A DNA stretch of 63,419 nt from an uncultured bacterium (lineage in GTDB: Bacteria; Bacillota; Clostridia; Christensenellales; UBA1242). Below are positions 1-9,303 of the stretch, one piece after another. The stretch's first letter is position 1. Every line of letters begins with the position of its first letter. Where the stretch lies: contig CASLXJ010000001.1 of the NCBI GenBank assembly GCA_949398915.1, positions 1 through 63,419 of the forward strand, written 5' to 3'. The notes under the pieces are model-generated. The model saw only the letters and a program-made list of their open reading frames with translations, was not told the DNA's origin and searched no databases. The position numbers and the translations under genes are program-made.

Positions 1-55
1 AAATAATTTTAAAAATTGTCAGCATCTGCTTTGCCAACTATTTTAAAAAGGTAAT

Positions 56-78
56 AAAAAAAGCAAAATTACTTTTGC
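56..78 (-). terminator. Rho-independent terminator after the ftsQ-like gene
   Basis: Stem gcaaaa (63-68) / ttttgc (73-78) with a 4-nt loop. On the minus strand it is followed by a U-run (A-run 56-62 on +). It starts 6 nt after the stop codon at 84-86. Confidence 0.55.
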
Positions 79-83
79 ATTTT

Positions 84-1292
84 TTATTTATCTGAAGGTG
101 GATTGTCTGGCAATTGTGGTTGCTCTGGCGAAGACGAGTCCTCCAAAGTCTCATCAACCACTATTTTGAAATAACAATCTTTCTCGCCATACTTTGTCGT
201 ATCATAATAGTTTGAAACTATAATTGTGCAGTTTTTCAAGTTTTCTTCAGTCAAAACGATAACTTTTCCATCTTGAGTTATACCCTTTCCGATAAAATCA
301 TAAAGTTGACTAAACACAGAAAGCATCATCCCAACCTTATATTTCATGCCATAATCACAATTAAGAATTTTAAAGGTTTGTCCACTGAAAAATTTCAAAG
401 TGGTTGTAAGCCCCTCTTTCTTAGACTCCTTGTCAAAATCTTTTGTAAGCTTTACACTCTCAATCATCGCCTTCTGCTCGCCAAGCTTGCGATTGTTTTC
501 ATATAGATAATTATAAATTTGCGATGGCTGACATTCGGTAATATATTGACCCACTTGATATTCTTTTTTCATTTTTGCTTTTTCTTCTTCAAGCGGCTCA
601 AACAAAATTGGAGACTGTGGAGTATTTATATATTCATCTCGCTTTTCAGCCTCTTCATTTTCTTCTGAAGTTTCATCGTTGGTTTCGTTATCGTTTTTTG
701 TTTCACTATCGTTTATATTTTCATTTTCAATGCTTGCCTCAATCTCATTGACTGTTAAATTGCCATTATCTGTTAATTTTTCATTTTTCGTAGCATTTTC
801 TTTATCTAATGTATTTTCATCATCAATTGTATTTTCATTATTGTTATTGCCGCTCAAATTGTTATCATTTGTTTCATTGTCGTTATTTTCATTCAAACAA
901 ATTCTAAGCACTCTAAGCTCTTCATCACAAATATAATATCCTCCTTCAAACGCAATGGCAAAAACCTCTTGACGCTCCACCAAATGCACCACAAAGGTTG
1001 AAGGAAAAACAGTTTCGATATTCACAACTTTGATGTAAGGATTGAAATTTTCGAGATTTTTCTTATAGCTAGTTTTCCCATGAAAGAAAACACTTCCACC
1101 CTTTTTAAACTTTCCGCTTTCCAAGATTTCTTTTTCCGAAAGGGTTATATTTTCAAGGCTTGTCCTAAAATCTATCTTGACTGTTTTTAAAGAAAAAGCG
1201 GTGAAACAAAGAATAATCAATAAGATTAAAATTGACAAAACGCCACTTAATGCAATAATGATTTTCTTTGCTTTCTTGCTTATCTTTTGCAA
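84..1292 (-). CDS. ftsQ: Cell division protein FtsQ/DivIB-like (N-terminal TM anchor + POTRA) with a long Asn/Glu/Asp-rich insert
   Basis: TTG start with RBS GGGAGA. Single N-terminal TM helix followed by a POTRA-like segment (KTVKIDF...YIKVVNIETVFPSTFVVHLVERQ). Sits directly downstream of murA in a dcw-type cluster. About 100 aa of low complexity in the middle. Confidence 0.55.
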   Translation of the reverse strand: MQKISKKAKKIIIALSGVLSILILLIILCFTAFSLKTVKIDFRTSLENITLSEKEILESGKFKKGGSVFFHGKTSYKKNLENFNPYIKVVNIETVFPSTFVVHLVERQEVFAIAFEGGYYICDEELRVLRICLNENNDNETNDNNLSGNNNNENTIDDENTLDKENATKNEKLTDNGNLTVNEIEASIENENINDSETKNDNETNDETSEENEEAEKRDEYINTPQSPILFEPLEEEKAKMKKEYQVGQYITECQPSQIYNYLYENNRKLGEQKAMIESVKLTKDFDKESKKEGLTTTLKFFSGQTFKILNCDYGMKYKVGMMLSVFSQLYDFIGKGITQDGKVIVLTEENLKNCTIIVSNYYDTTKYGEKDCYFKIVVDETLEDSSSPEQPQLPDNPPSDK

Positions 1293-1520
1293 ACTTTTTC
1301 TCCCTTTTTATCTAAGTAAATTTTCTTAAATTATTTATAAAAATTATGATAATTAAACGAAAATCTCAAAATTTTGCTTATTTTTACCCTTTTTTTAGCC
1401 TTTTTTAACAAATTTAACCACAATTATTAAAATTCAGCTTCTTTTGGAAAGTTTTTCATAAGACAATATTTCAGTAAAAATGGCTTGTTTAAAATGGCAA
1501 CAATGGCTCATTTTAAACTG

Positions 1521-2792
1521 TCAGCAGCGACGCCTTTCAAGCTCAAGCCTGCTTATTTGACAACCAAGCGATTGAAGCTTTTCTTCCATTTTATAATAAC
1601 CTCTGTCTATAAGTTTGATATTGTCTATTGTAGTATAGCCTTCCGCATAAAGACCAGCCAGCACAAGAGCAGCTCCGCCTCTAAGATCAGGCGCAGAGAC
1701 ATCAGCTCCATAGAGTTTTTCCTTTCCATTTACAATGGTTATGCCATTTCTTGTTTTTATGTCACAACCCATTTTAAGCAGCTCTCCCACATGCTTGCTT
1801 CTTGACTCAAAAAGGTTTTCTATTATAAGACTATAACCTTCACTTACTGCCGCTAATGCTGTCATTGGCGCTTGCAAATCGGTAGGAAAACCTGGATAGA
1901 CAGCAGTTTCGATTTCTCCAATGTTGCCAAGCCTTGACTGGCTTTCCACTCTTATAATATCATCTTTTATATCTATTTGGCAAGCAGTTTTTTTGAGTTT
2001 TGCAAGCAGCGCACTATTGTGGGAAGCATTTGCCTCTTTTATTGTCACATTTCCACCACACATGGCAGTGGCAATTATGTATGTGCCTGTCTCTATTCGG
2101 TCAGGCATAGCTTTAAAGGATGTTCCATGAAGCTTTTTCCCGCCACTGATAACTATGACATTTGAACCAGCTCCACTTACACAACCTCCACAGGCATTGA
2201 TGAAATCTTGTAAGTCAACAATTTCAGGCTCTCTTGCCGGATTTAAGATTCTCGTCTCACCTTTGGCAGCAAGGGCAAGCATCATGATATTTTCTGTTGC
2301 CCCCACACTTGAAAAAGAAAGCATAATATCACATGACTTTAAACTTTCACCATTTGCATAAATGTATCCATTTTTTTCAACCACCTTTGCGCCAAGGTCG
2401 CGTATTCCTTTAAGATGCAAATCAATCGGACGCAACCCAATGTCGCAACCACCTGGGTAGGCCACTTTTGCACTTTTCATTCTTGCAAGAATAGGCCCAA
2501 GCGTAAAAATTGATGAGCGCACAGAAGACGATAATTCATTTGGTATACAATTTTTGTCAATGCCACGACAATCAATGTATAAATCATCGCCCTTAAATTC
2601 AGCTTTTCCTCCAAGATGCTTGATAATATCACACATCACCAAAACATCGCTATACTTTGGCACAGCCTTAAGCTCCACCTCATCTTCCACCATAATAGAT
2701 GCAGCAATAATAGGGAGAAGTGAATTTTTTGCGCAATCAATGCTCACCTCTCCGTTCAAACGGTTTCCACCGACAATAAAAAATCCTTCCAT
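1521..2792 (-). CDS. murA: UDP-N-acetylglucosamine 1-carboxyvinyltransferase
   Basis: Full-length match to the MurA architecture: FIVGGNRLNGEVSIDCAKNSLLPIIAAS at the N-terminus, and YPGGCDIGLRPIDLHL containing the catalytic Cys loop. Confidence 0.9.
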   Translation of the reverse strand: MEGFFIVGGNRLNGEVSIDCAKNSLLPIIAASIMVEDEVELKAVPKYSDVLVMCDIIKHLGGKAEFKGDDLYIDCRGIDKNCIPNELSSSVRSSIFTLGPILARMKSAKVAYPGGCDIGLRPIDLHLKGIRDLGAKVVEKNGYIYANGESLKSCDIMLSFSSVGATENIMMLALAAKGETRILNPAREPEIVDLQDFINACGGCVSGAGSNVIVISGGKKLHGTSFKAMPDRIETGTYIIATAMCGGNVTIKEANASHNSALLAKLKKTACQIDIKDDIIRVESQSRLGNIGEIETAVYPGFPTDLQAPMTALAAVSEGYSLIIENLFESRSKHVGELLKMGCDIKTRNGITIVNGKEKLYGADVSAPDLRGGAALVLAGLYAEGYTTIDNIKLIDRGYYKMEEKLQSLGCQISRLELERRRC

Positions 2793-2835
2793 AATATTAT
2801 ATATGCCACCAGCAATATTAAGTGAAGGATAAAAA

Positions 2836-3045
2836 TCAATAAAAATTTACTCTGCCTATAAGATAATCAATTGAAACATCAAGCAAATCAGCAATTTTAA
2901 TCAGCATCTCAAAGTCACATTCTCTCATCCCATTTTCCCAGTAAGAAATCAACCTTACACTAACAAAAAGCTTGTCAGCCAACATCTGACGAGTATACCC
3001 CTTTTCAACTCTTAATTCTTTTAATCTGCTCGTAAAACTTCTCAT
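2836..3045 (-). CDS. XRE-family helix-turn-helix transcriptional regulator
   Basis: 69 aa. Typical Cro/C1 HTH sequence (LKELRVEKGYTRQMLADKLFVSVRLISYWENG). Confidence 0.75.
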   Translation of the reverse strand: MRSFTSRLKELRVEKGYTRQMLADKLFVSVRLISYWENGMRECDFEMLIKIADLLDVSIDYLIGRVNFY

Positions 3046-3134
3046 AACAATATTTTAGAACAAAATGTTCTTAAAATATTTTTAATAAAAAGTCGAAATT
3101 TAAACTCAAAATTATTACATAAAAAGGAGGAAAT

Positions 3135-3473
3135 ATGACGCAAGAAAAAGTATCTTCATTGCTTATAAAATATAAAGATGTCATACCAAGCGACAGAGTT
3201 GCCTTTTTTAAAAGTGCTTTAGAAAAAGCAGATCAAAGTGCTTATGAAACAATCTCTTCTTGTAAAATTAAAAATCCAACAACAACACTTATACTTTCAA
3301 TTTTTTTAGGGATACTTGGGGTGGATAGATTCTTTATAGACGACATAGGACTAGGTGTTGCAAAATTACTTTTCGGCTGGATGACTTTTGGACTTTGGCC
3401 ATTTATAGAGATATTTTGCAGCTATAAAAAAGCTAAAGAGAAAAATTTAAACAACCTTATTACATATTTATAA
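3135..3473 (+). CDS. TM2 domain-containing membrane protein
   Basis: RBS AAGGAGG upstream. C-terminal half has two TM helices with the TM2-like motif GILGVDRFFIDDIGLGVAKLL. Divergent from the XRE gene. Confidence 0.6.
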   Translation: MTQEKVSSLLIKYKDVIPSDRVAFFKSALEKADQSAYETISSCKIKNPTTTLILSIFLGILGVDRFFIDDIGLGVAKLLFGWMTFGLWPFIEIFCSYKKAKEKNLNNLITYL

Positions 3474-3625
3474 ACAAAACCAAATTGCCATGAAAAAAAA
3501 ACAACTCTTGCATATTTTTTATGATTCTTAAATAAAATTAAGCATAAAATCAAGAGTTGTTTTTTATGTCATAAATTCAATAATTTACTAAAAATAAAGA
3601 AAAATTCGCTTTTTTTAACCAAATT

Positions 3626-4810
3626 TTAAGCATTTTTCAGCTTTTTTTGTTTAATTTTCTTAAATTTTATTATTTTATAGTTTTCTCCTTTGCTTTGTCT
3701 GAGAATATTAAGACATATTCCAACACCTGCCATAAACACCATTACAGAAGTGCCACCACTTGAAATAAAAGGAAGCGGAAGTCCTGTCGGAGGAATAGAG
3801 CCTGTCACAACTGCGACATTAAGAAGGGTTTGAACGGCTATAATAAAAGCCACTCCACAGGCAAGCATGGCACCAAATCTATCTTTAGCATTTAAGCCAA
3901 TTTTGATGAGTTTATATGTCAAAAATAAAAACAAAGAAAGCAAGAAAGTTGTGCCAATAAATCCTATTTCCTCGCCAATAATTGACAGAATAAAGTCAGA
4001 CTCAGCGAAAGGCAAGAAGAGAAATTTTTGTCGCGAATTGAATATTCCTACACCAAACAAACCACCATCTCCAAGCGAGTATAGCGATTGGATAAGTTGA
4101 AAACCCTCTCCCTGCGGCGACGCCCATGGGTCTATGAAAGCCATAAGTCTTTTCAAACGATAGGGCTCAATTAAAATAAGAACAGGCACAAACGCTGCTG
4201 CTGGAATGGAGAACATAAGAGTGTGCTTTTTGCTCATACCGCCGATTATCAGCATAAAAAGAGTGACAAAGGCAATGCACATAGTCACGCTCATGCTTGG
4301 CTCAATCATTACAAGCAGACACATAAGCCCACCTACAATCAAAACAGGCATAAGCCCTTTAAGCGTTTTCACCTTTTCGTGATTATCAGATAGATAAGCT
4401 GAAACAAAAATCACCAGTGCAAACTTAGCCACTTCTGATGGTTGAATTGAAAAGCCAAGGATAGAAACCCAGCGTTTTGCGCCATAACTTTCAATTCCAA
4501 GCCCAGGCACAAACACAAGCGCAAGCAAAACAAAGGTGCCAATCACAATCCACCATTTCATTCGTTTAAGATTGTGATAGTCAAAAAATGTAAAAAACAG
4601 CATTGCAGCCACGCCCATTACTACGCCCATAATTTGTTTAAAAAGGAAAAAATATTTGTTTCCAAAATGATATTCAGCACTATAAAAACTGGCACTGTAA
4701 ACCATAAGGCAACCAAACGAGGACAGAAAGATGACAATGCCAGCAATGATTAAAATATCCTTGAGACTGCCAACCTTTTTATGACATTTCAATTTGTTTA
4801 ACATCTCCAA
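3626..4810 (-). CDS. ftsW: SEDS-family peptidoglycan glycosyltransferase FtsW/SpoVE
   Basis: Polytopic membrane protein with SEDS hallmarks (QPSEVAKF, PFISSGGTSV). Lies directly downstream of murD. Confidence 0.85.
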   Translation of the reverse strand: MEMLNKLKCHKKVGSLKDILIIAGIVIFLSSFGCLMVYSASFYSAEYHFGNKYFFLFKQIMGVVMGVAAMLFFTFFDYHNLKRMKWWIVIGTFVLLALVFVPGLGIESYGAKRWVSILGFSIQPSEVAKFALVIFVSAYLSDNHEKVKTLKGLMPVLIVGGLMCLLVMIEPSMSVTMCIAFVTLFMLIIGGMSKKHTLMFSIPAAAFVPVLILIEPYRLKRLMAFIDPWASPQGEGFQLIQSLYSLGDGGLFGVGIFNSRQKFLFLPFAESDFILSIIGEEIGFIGTTFLLSLFLFLTYKLIKIGLNAKDRFGAMLACGVAFIIAVQTLLNVAVVTGSIPPTGLPLPFISSGGTSVMVFMAGVGICLNILRQSKGENYKIIKFKKIKQKKLKNA

Positions 4811-6155
4811 ACATTATCTCCTTAAAAACCTCTCCTCTGACAGCATAGGAGGCAAATTCATCAAAGCTCGAACATGCTGGCGACAATAATATCTTCTGAC
4901 CACTTTGAGCATTTTCTTTAACATAATATGTTGCCGCCTTCATAGTAGGAAACAGAAGCGGGCTATAGCCATACTTGGAAGCAGTTTCAAAAATCTCATG
5001 ACCAGCCTCTCCAAAGCAAATAAGTTTTTCAAAGTCCCAACCCTTATTAAAAATTTCATCAAAGACAAAACCTTTATTGCAGCCACCAAGCATTAAAACA
5101 AGCCCCCTTTCACCCAGTGAGCCCACAGCTGAAATAGTGGAAGAAATGTTTGTCGCTTTTGAATCATCAAAGACATCCGCTCCATTCACCTGCCCAAGAT
5201 ATTCTATTCTATGAGGTGGGGCTTTAAAGGCATTGACAGCACTTCTTATTACACTCGGCTTGATTTTTTGCAGCACCGAAACAGAAATGGCAGCAAGCAC
5301 ATTCTCAAGATTTTTCTCTCCAAAAAGAGGAATTTCACTTAATGGCATAACTTTGACTTTATTATAAAAAATGGCATTATTTTTGACAAAAACGCCTTTA
5401 TTTAGCGGATTTTTTGAAAAAAATAGCGTTTTTCTGTTAATTTGCAATTTATTCACCATCTCATCATCATAATTAAGCACAACTCTTTGGCTTCGGCTAT
5501 GTGATAAAATTTTACCTTTCACACGCAGATATTCTTCAAAGCTTCCATGCCTATCAATATGGTCAGGCGCAAGATTTAAAACACAAGCAATGCCAGCTTT
5601 AAACATGGATGAAAGCTCAAGTTGAAAATTGCTCACTTCGCAAACAATCACACTTTCGTCGTCAGTTTTTGGAGCGATTGAACAAATAGGCAAACCAATA
5701 TTTCCACAAACAAAAGTTTTTCTACCCGCTTTTTTAAATATGTCTCCAACGAGTGATGTAACTGTCGTTTTTCCATTGGTGCCAGTAATTCCAATCACTT
5801 TTCCTCTGCAAAAGCTGAAGCCAAGGTCAAGCTCACTTATCACCTTAGTGCCTGACATAACAAAATGAGAGATAAGTTGATTTCCAAGCACCTTTATGCC
5901 CGGGCTTACCACAACAAAATCATACCTTTTAAGCATTGGATTTTTTTCATAAGTAAAATATGAAATAAACCTGCCCTCATCATCAAAAGTCGAAACGCAA
6001 GCGCCCTCGTCATGCAACAATTTGCAAGCCGCCTGTCCACTTATCCCCATCCCATATACAAGCACATTTTTTCCTTTAACATTCAACATTGCATCCTCAC
6101 TATACTTAATATTATATTTTAATATACGGGCAATTTTGTCGAAATATGCTTCCAT
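4779..6155 (-). CDS. murD: UDP-N-acetylmuramoylalanine--D-glutamate ligase
   Basis: Rossmann motif VYGMGISGQA and Mur ligase P-loop GITGTNGKTT. The ATG at 6089 (MLNVKGKNVLV) has a better RBS (GTGAGGA) and may be the true start. Confidence 0.85.
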   Translation of the reverse strand: MEAYFDKIARILKYNIKYSEDAMLNVKGKNVLVYGMGISGQAACKLLHDEGACVSTFDDEGRFISYFTYEKNPMLKRYDFVVVSPGIKVLGNQLISHFVMSGTKVISELDLGFSFCRGKVIGITGTNGKTTVTSLVGDIFKKAGRKTFVCGNIGLPICSIAPKTDDESVIVCEVSNFQLELSSMFKAGIACVLNLAPDHIDRHGSFEEYLRVKGKILSHSRSQRVVLNYDDEMVNKLQINRKTLFFSKNPLNKGVFVKNNAIFYNKVKVMPLSEIPLFGEKNLENVLAAISVSVLQKIKPSVIRSAVNAFKAPPHRIEYLGQVNGADVFDDSKATNISSTISAVGSLGERGLVLMLGGCNKGFVFDEIFNKGWDFEKLICFGEAGHEIFETASKYGYSPLLFPTMKAATYYVKENAQSGQKILLSPACSSFDEFASYAVRGEVFKEIMFGDVKQIEMS

Positions 6156-6330
6156 ATTATAATGAAAAAGTTTGATAGTTTAAACCTATAAACAACTTGC
6201 TTAAATTATACTTATTCCACCTTTAATAAACGCTTTTAAAACTTATTATTTACAACTACAAAAAACCTTCGTAAAATTTATAAAAAAGATATTTATTTCT
6301 GAATTTGATTAAACTTTTTTAATCAATATA

Positions 6331-6369
6331 AAAACAAAAAAATGCTTATTTTATGAAAAATTAAGCATT
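6331..6369 (-). terminator. Rho-independent terminator between mraY and murD
   Basis: 8-bp stem aatgctta (6341-6348) / taagcatt (6362-6369). On the minus strand it is followed by UUUUUUUGUUUUU (A-run 6331-6340 on +). Confidence 0.6.
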
Positions 6370-6441
6370 TTAATCTGTTTTTTAATGTTTTTTTTGCGTT
6401 TTTAACGAATTTTTATTAAATTATTTCAAATTCTTCATTTT

Positions 6442-7407
6442 TTATAATATTCCAATTACAGCCATATAACCAAGAAGCACACCCATTCCACATAGAAGAG
6501 TAATCACTACATAAGAAAGAACAATGCGGTTTTCATGCACGCCAAGCTGTTCAAAATGGTGATGAAGAGGTGCCATTTTAAATATTCGTTTGTGCGTCTT
6601 TTTATAATATCCAACCTGCAAGATATCACTCACTGCTGACAAGACAAACATAATTCCAATGATAGCAAGAATAAGCTCCAGTCCTGTGAAAACACAAAGA
6701 CAGGCAAGCAGTCCGCCAATAGCCAGCGAGCCTGTATCCCCCATAAAAATTTTAGCAGGAAAGCCATTGAACAGCAGAAATCCTAAAAGCGCGCCAGCCA
6801 TAGCAAATGCTATTATTGAATAATTGTAATATCCAAGCAAAGCAAGAATGGCTCCAAAGAATAGAAGATAGACATGACTTACGCCACTTGCAAGTCCATC
6901 AAGTCCATCAGTAAGGTTTACAGAATTTGTCACTGCAACAAAGAAAACTACCACAAATGGAATTATAAACCAGCCCAAATTCAACTTAAGTCCAAAAAAG
7001 TCAAGCGTTCCGCCAATGTTGAAGTATACAAAAAGACCGATAATAAGCGAAAGACCAACCTGCCCAATGATTTTTTGATAGGGTTTCAAGCCTTCATTTT
7101 TGTGCCATTTGATTTTTATGAAATCGTCCAGAAAGCCAAGTAAGCCATAGCCCAACATGACAAGCAAGATTAAAATTGAATAAAGAAAATCTCCTCTTAA
7201 GAAAAATGGAGCCGAAAAAATTGTGGCAACAATAAATATCCATCCGCCCATTGTTGCAGTACCACTCTTTCCAGCATGCTTGTCCACATAGTGAAGAATG
7301 GTCTTAGAAAGATGAAATCTTTTGCAAAGTTTTAAAATAGGAATGCCAAATACAATTGCACTGACAAGCCCAACTAAAAAGACAAGAAAGAAATTCAACA
7401 TATTCAC
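6442..7407 (-). CDS. mraY: Phospho-N-acetylmuramoyl-pentapeptide transferase
   Basis: Polytopic protein with MraY motifs NLTDGLDGLA, MGDTGSLAIGG and APLHHHFE. Confidence 0.92.
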   Translation of the reverse strand: MNMLNFFLVFLVGLVSAIVFGIPILKLCKRFHLSKTILHYVDKHAGKSGTATMGGWIFIVATIFSAPFFLRGDFLYSILILLVMLGYGLLGFLDDFIKIKWHKNEGLKPYQKIIGQVGLSLIIGLFVYFNIGGTLDFFGLKLNLGWFIIPFVVVFFVAVTNSVNLTDGLDGLASGVSHVYLLFFGAILALLGYYNYSIIAFAMAGALLGFLLFNGFPAKIFMGDTGSLAIGGLLACLCVFTGLELILAIIGIMFVLSAVSDILQVGYYKKTHKRIFKMAPLHHHFEQLGVHENRIVLSYVVITLLCGMGVLLGYMAVIGIL

Positions 7408-7519
7408 CTCACACTACTATATGAATATTTTCTGCAACTTATTAAATTTCTTTCATGTCTTTTCAAGTTTCTTGTTTTAAAGCCTGCAAATAAAAACAGT
7501 TTTTTTCTTTTAGGCAGAA

Positions 7520-7638
7520 CGCAAGCCGCACAGCGCGGGAATTGCTTACATATTTGCTACTATTCGAGGCGTCATAGAGATAGTGGATAGTATGCATAGT
7601 TAGCAGTATTACTTCTGCCCGAACGGAGCCAAGAAAGC
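7520..7638 (-). repeat. Orphan, degenerate copy of the DGR TR/VR repeat in the murE-mraY spacer
   Basis: The reverse complement starts with gctttcttggctccgttcgggca (23 nt identical to TR 40805-40827). It ends with caattcccgcgctgtgcggcttgcg (23/25 identical to TR 40898-40922). The centre is diverged, with a 1-nt length difference and a stop codon in the VR reading frame. Confidence 0.8.
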
Positions 7639-7701
7639 AACTCATATTTTTTTACGATTATTTTGTCAAAAACATTAAATTAAAGCTTATTTTAGTTGGT
7701 C

Positions 7702-9192
7702 TTAGTCTTTGTCAAGAAAATAATCTTCTCTATTTATAATTTTTTTTTGACCTTTCAAGACCTCTCTAACAACATCAAAATCGCTGTAAGGATATTTTAC
7801 TCCATTTATCTCTTGATATTTTTCAGCACCCTTGCCTGCAATAACAATTGTCTGCCCATTTTGATAATTTTCCAAAGCATATTCTATCGCCTTTTTTCTG
7901 TTCGGCAAAACTTTGCAAGGGCCTTTCACTCCTTTTTTAATCTGTGAAATAATTGCATTTGGGTCTTCAAAACGAGGATTATCACTTGTGAGAATAATCT
8001 CATCCGCTTGTTGAGAGGCAATCCTTCCCATAATAGGTCTTTTTTGCTTGTCACGGTTTCCACCACATCCGAAAATTGCCACAACTTTGCCATCTGAAAT
8101 TTCTCTCGCCGTTTGAAGCACCTTCTCAAGTCCGTCTGGCGTGTGGGCAAAATCTATTACAATGTTCGCTTTGCCAGTGCTTATTGTGTTAAACCTTCCT
8201 TCAACTGCCTTAATCGCGTTTAGCCCTTCAAGAATGTTCCAATTGCTCAATCCCAAATTTTTGCAAACGGCAATCGCTGCTAAGGCATTTTCAACATTAA
8301 AGCTGCCGACCAACTTGGTTTTTACATCAAAAATATTTCCTTTATAATCTGTGCATGCAAAATGACTTCCAGAGAAATTTTTCTCAAAAATCCTGCCCGC
8401 ATAATCACAATCGCTTGTAAAGCCATAACTCAGCAAATTGACGCCAGATTTTTCAAGCAATCTGTCAGTGTAAGCTTTGTCAGCGCAATAAATTCCAAGA
8501 GTTGTTCTTCCTTTTTCAAACAGCTTCAGCTTTGCATCGGCATAATCATCCATATTTTCAAAAAAGTCAAGATGGTCTTCTGTGATATTTGTAAGCACAC
8601 CCATTTCAAACCTTATGCCATCAAGTTTATTGAGAGCAAGCGCATGAGCGGAGGCCTCCATAACAACAAAGTCAACTCCTTTGCCATTCATATTTGCAAA
8701 AATCGAGTGCAGTTTGTATGGGTCTGGAGTGGTAAAACCTGTATCTTCAAATTCACCATCAACCTTCGCACCAAGTGTTCCGATAACCCCTACTTTATAA
8801 CCCGCACCTCTAAGCATGTCAGCAATAGTGTTGCAAACAGTGGTTTTTCCATTTGTGCCAGTAATTGCAATAATACGAAGATTGTCACAAACTCTGCCAA
8901 AAAAGTTTTTGGACATAAGCGCATAAGCAGAGCGGACATCTCTTACATTGACAACTTTTTCACCGCTTTCAAGCTCATCACTTACAACGCACGCTGCGCC
9001 TTTTTCAAGCGCAAGCGATGCAAAGTCATTGCCATTAAATTGACTGCCCCTCATTGCAATATAAACATCACCTTTTTCAACTTGACGATGGTCGATTTTG
9101 ATATCCTTGATATCTTTTTCAAACAAGCTTTTGTCAATTTGTTCGCACTCTACATCTCTTAATAAACTTAATAAATTCATCTTCTCTGCCAA
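7702..9192 (-). CDS. murE: UDP-N-acetylmuramoyl-L-alanyl-D-glutamate--2,6-diaminopimelate ligase
   Basis: Mur ligase P-loop ITGTNGKTT. The DNPR motif (LTSDNPRFEDP) is characteristic of meso-DAP-adding MurE enzymes. Confidence 0.9.
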   Translation of the reverse strand: MAEKMNLLSLLRDVECEQIDKSLFEKDIKDIKIDHRQVEKGDVYIAMRGSQFNGNDFASLALEKGAACVVSDELESGEKVVNVRDVRSAYALMSKNFFGRVCDNLRIIAITGTNGKTTVCNTIADMLRGAGYKVGVIGTLGAKVDGEFEDTGFTTPDPYKLHSIFANMNGKGVDFVVMEASAHALALNKLDGIRFEMGVLTNITEDHLDFFENMDDYADAKLKLFEKGRTTLGIYCADKAYTDRLLEKSGVNLLSYGFTSDCDYAGRIFEKNFSGSHFACTDYKGNIFDVKTKLVGSFNVENALAAIAVCKNLGLSNWNILEGLNAIKAVEGRFNTISTGKANIVIDFAHTPDGLEKVLQTAREISDGKVVAIFGCGGNRDKQKRPIMGRIASQQADEIILTSDNPRFEDPNAIISQIKKGVKGPCKVLPNRKKAIEYALENYQNGQTIVIAGKGAEKYQEINGVKYPYSDFDVVREVLKGQKKIINREDYFLDKD

Positions 9193-9303
9193 CCTCTTTT
9201 CTTTTTTATTTTTCTTAAAATTGTCTTTTTCGCAGCATTTTCATGATTTTTTGTACTTTTTATGCGTTTTTTAACGATTTTTTTGTCAAAATCACTAAAT
9301 TAT

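Noticed and set aside
7463-7645. 60-aa ORF between murE and mraY as a real gene
   Set aside because: It reads across the degenerate VR/TR-like relic in a frame that switches relative to the VR frame. It has no convincing RBS or family. I treat it as a by-product of the relic, reported as a repeat instead.
8362-9162. 266-aa plus-strand ORF
   Set aside because: It is fully antisense to murE, which has unambiguous Mur ligase motifs, and its composition is typical of antisense reading. The same reasoning applies to 35188-35937 and 35938-36306 (antisense to yloV), 19982-20602 (antisense to 20021-20596), 679-936 (antisense to the ftsQ low-complexity region), and the many 60-125-aa ORFs inside the large surface-protein genes.
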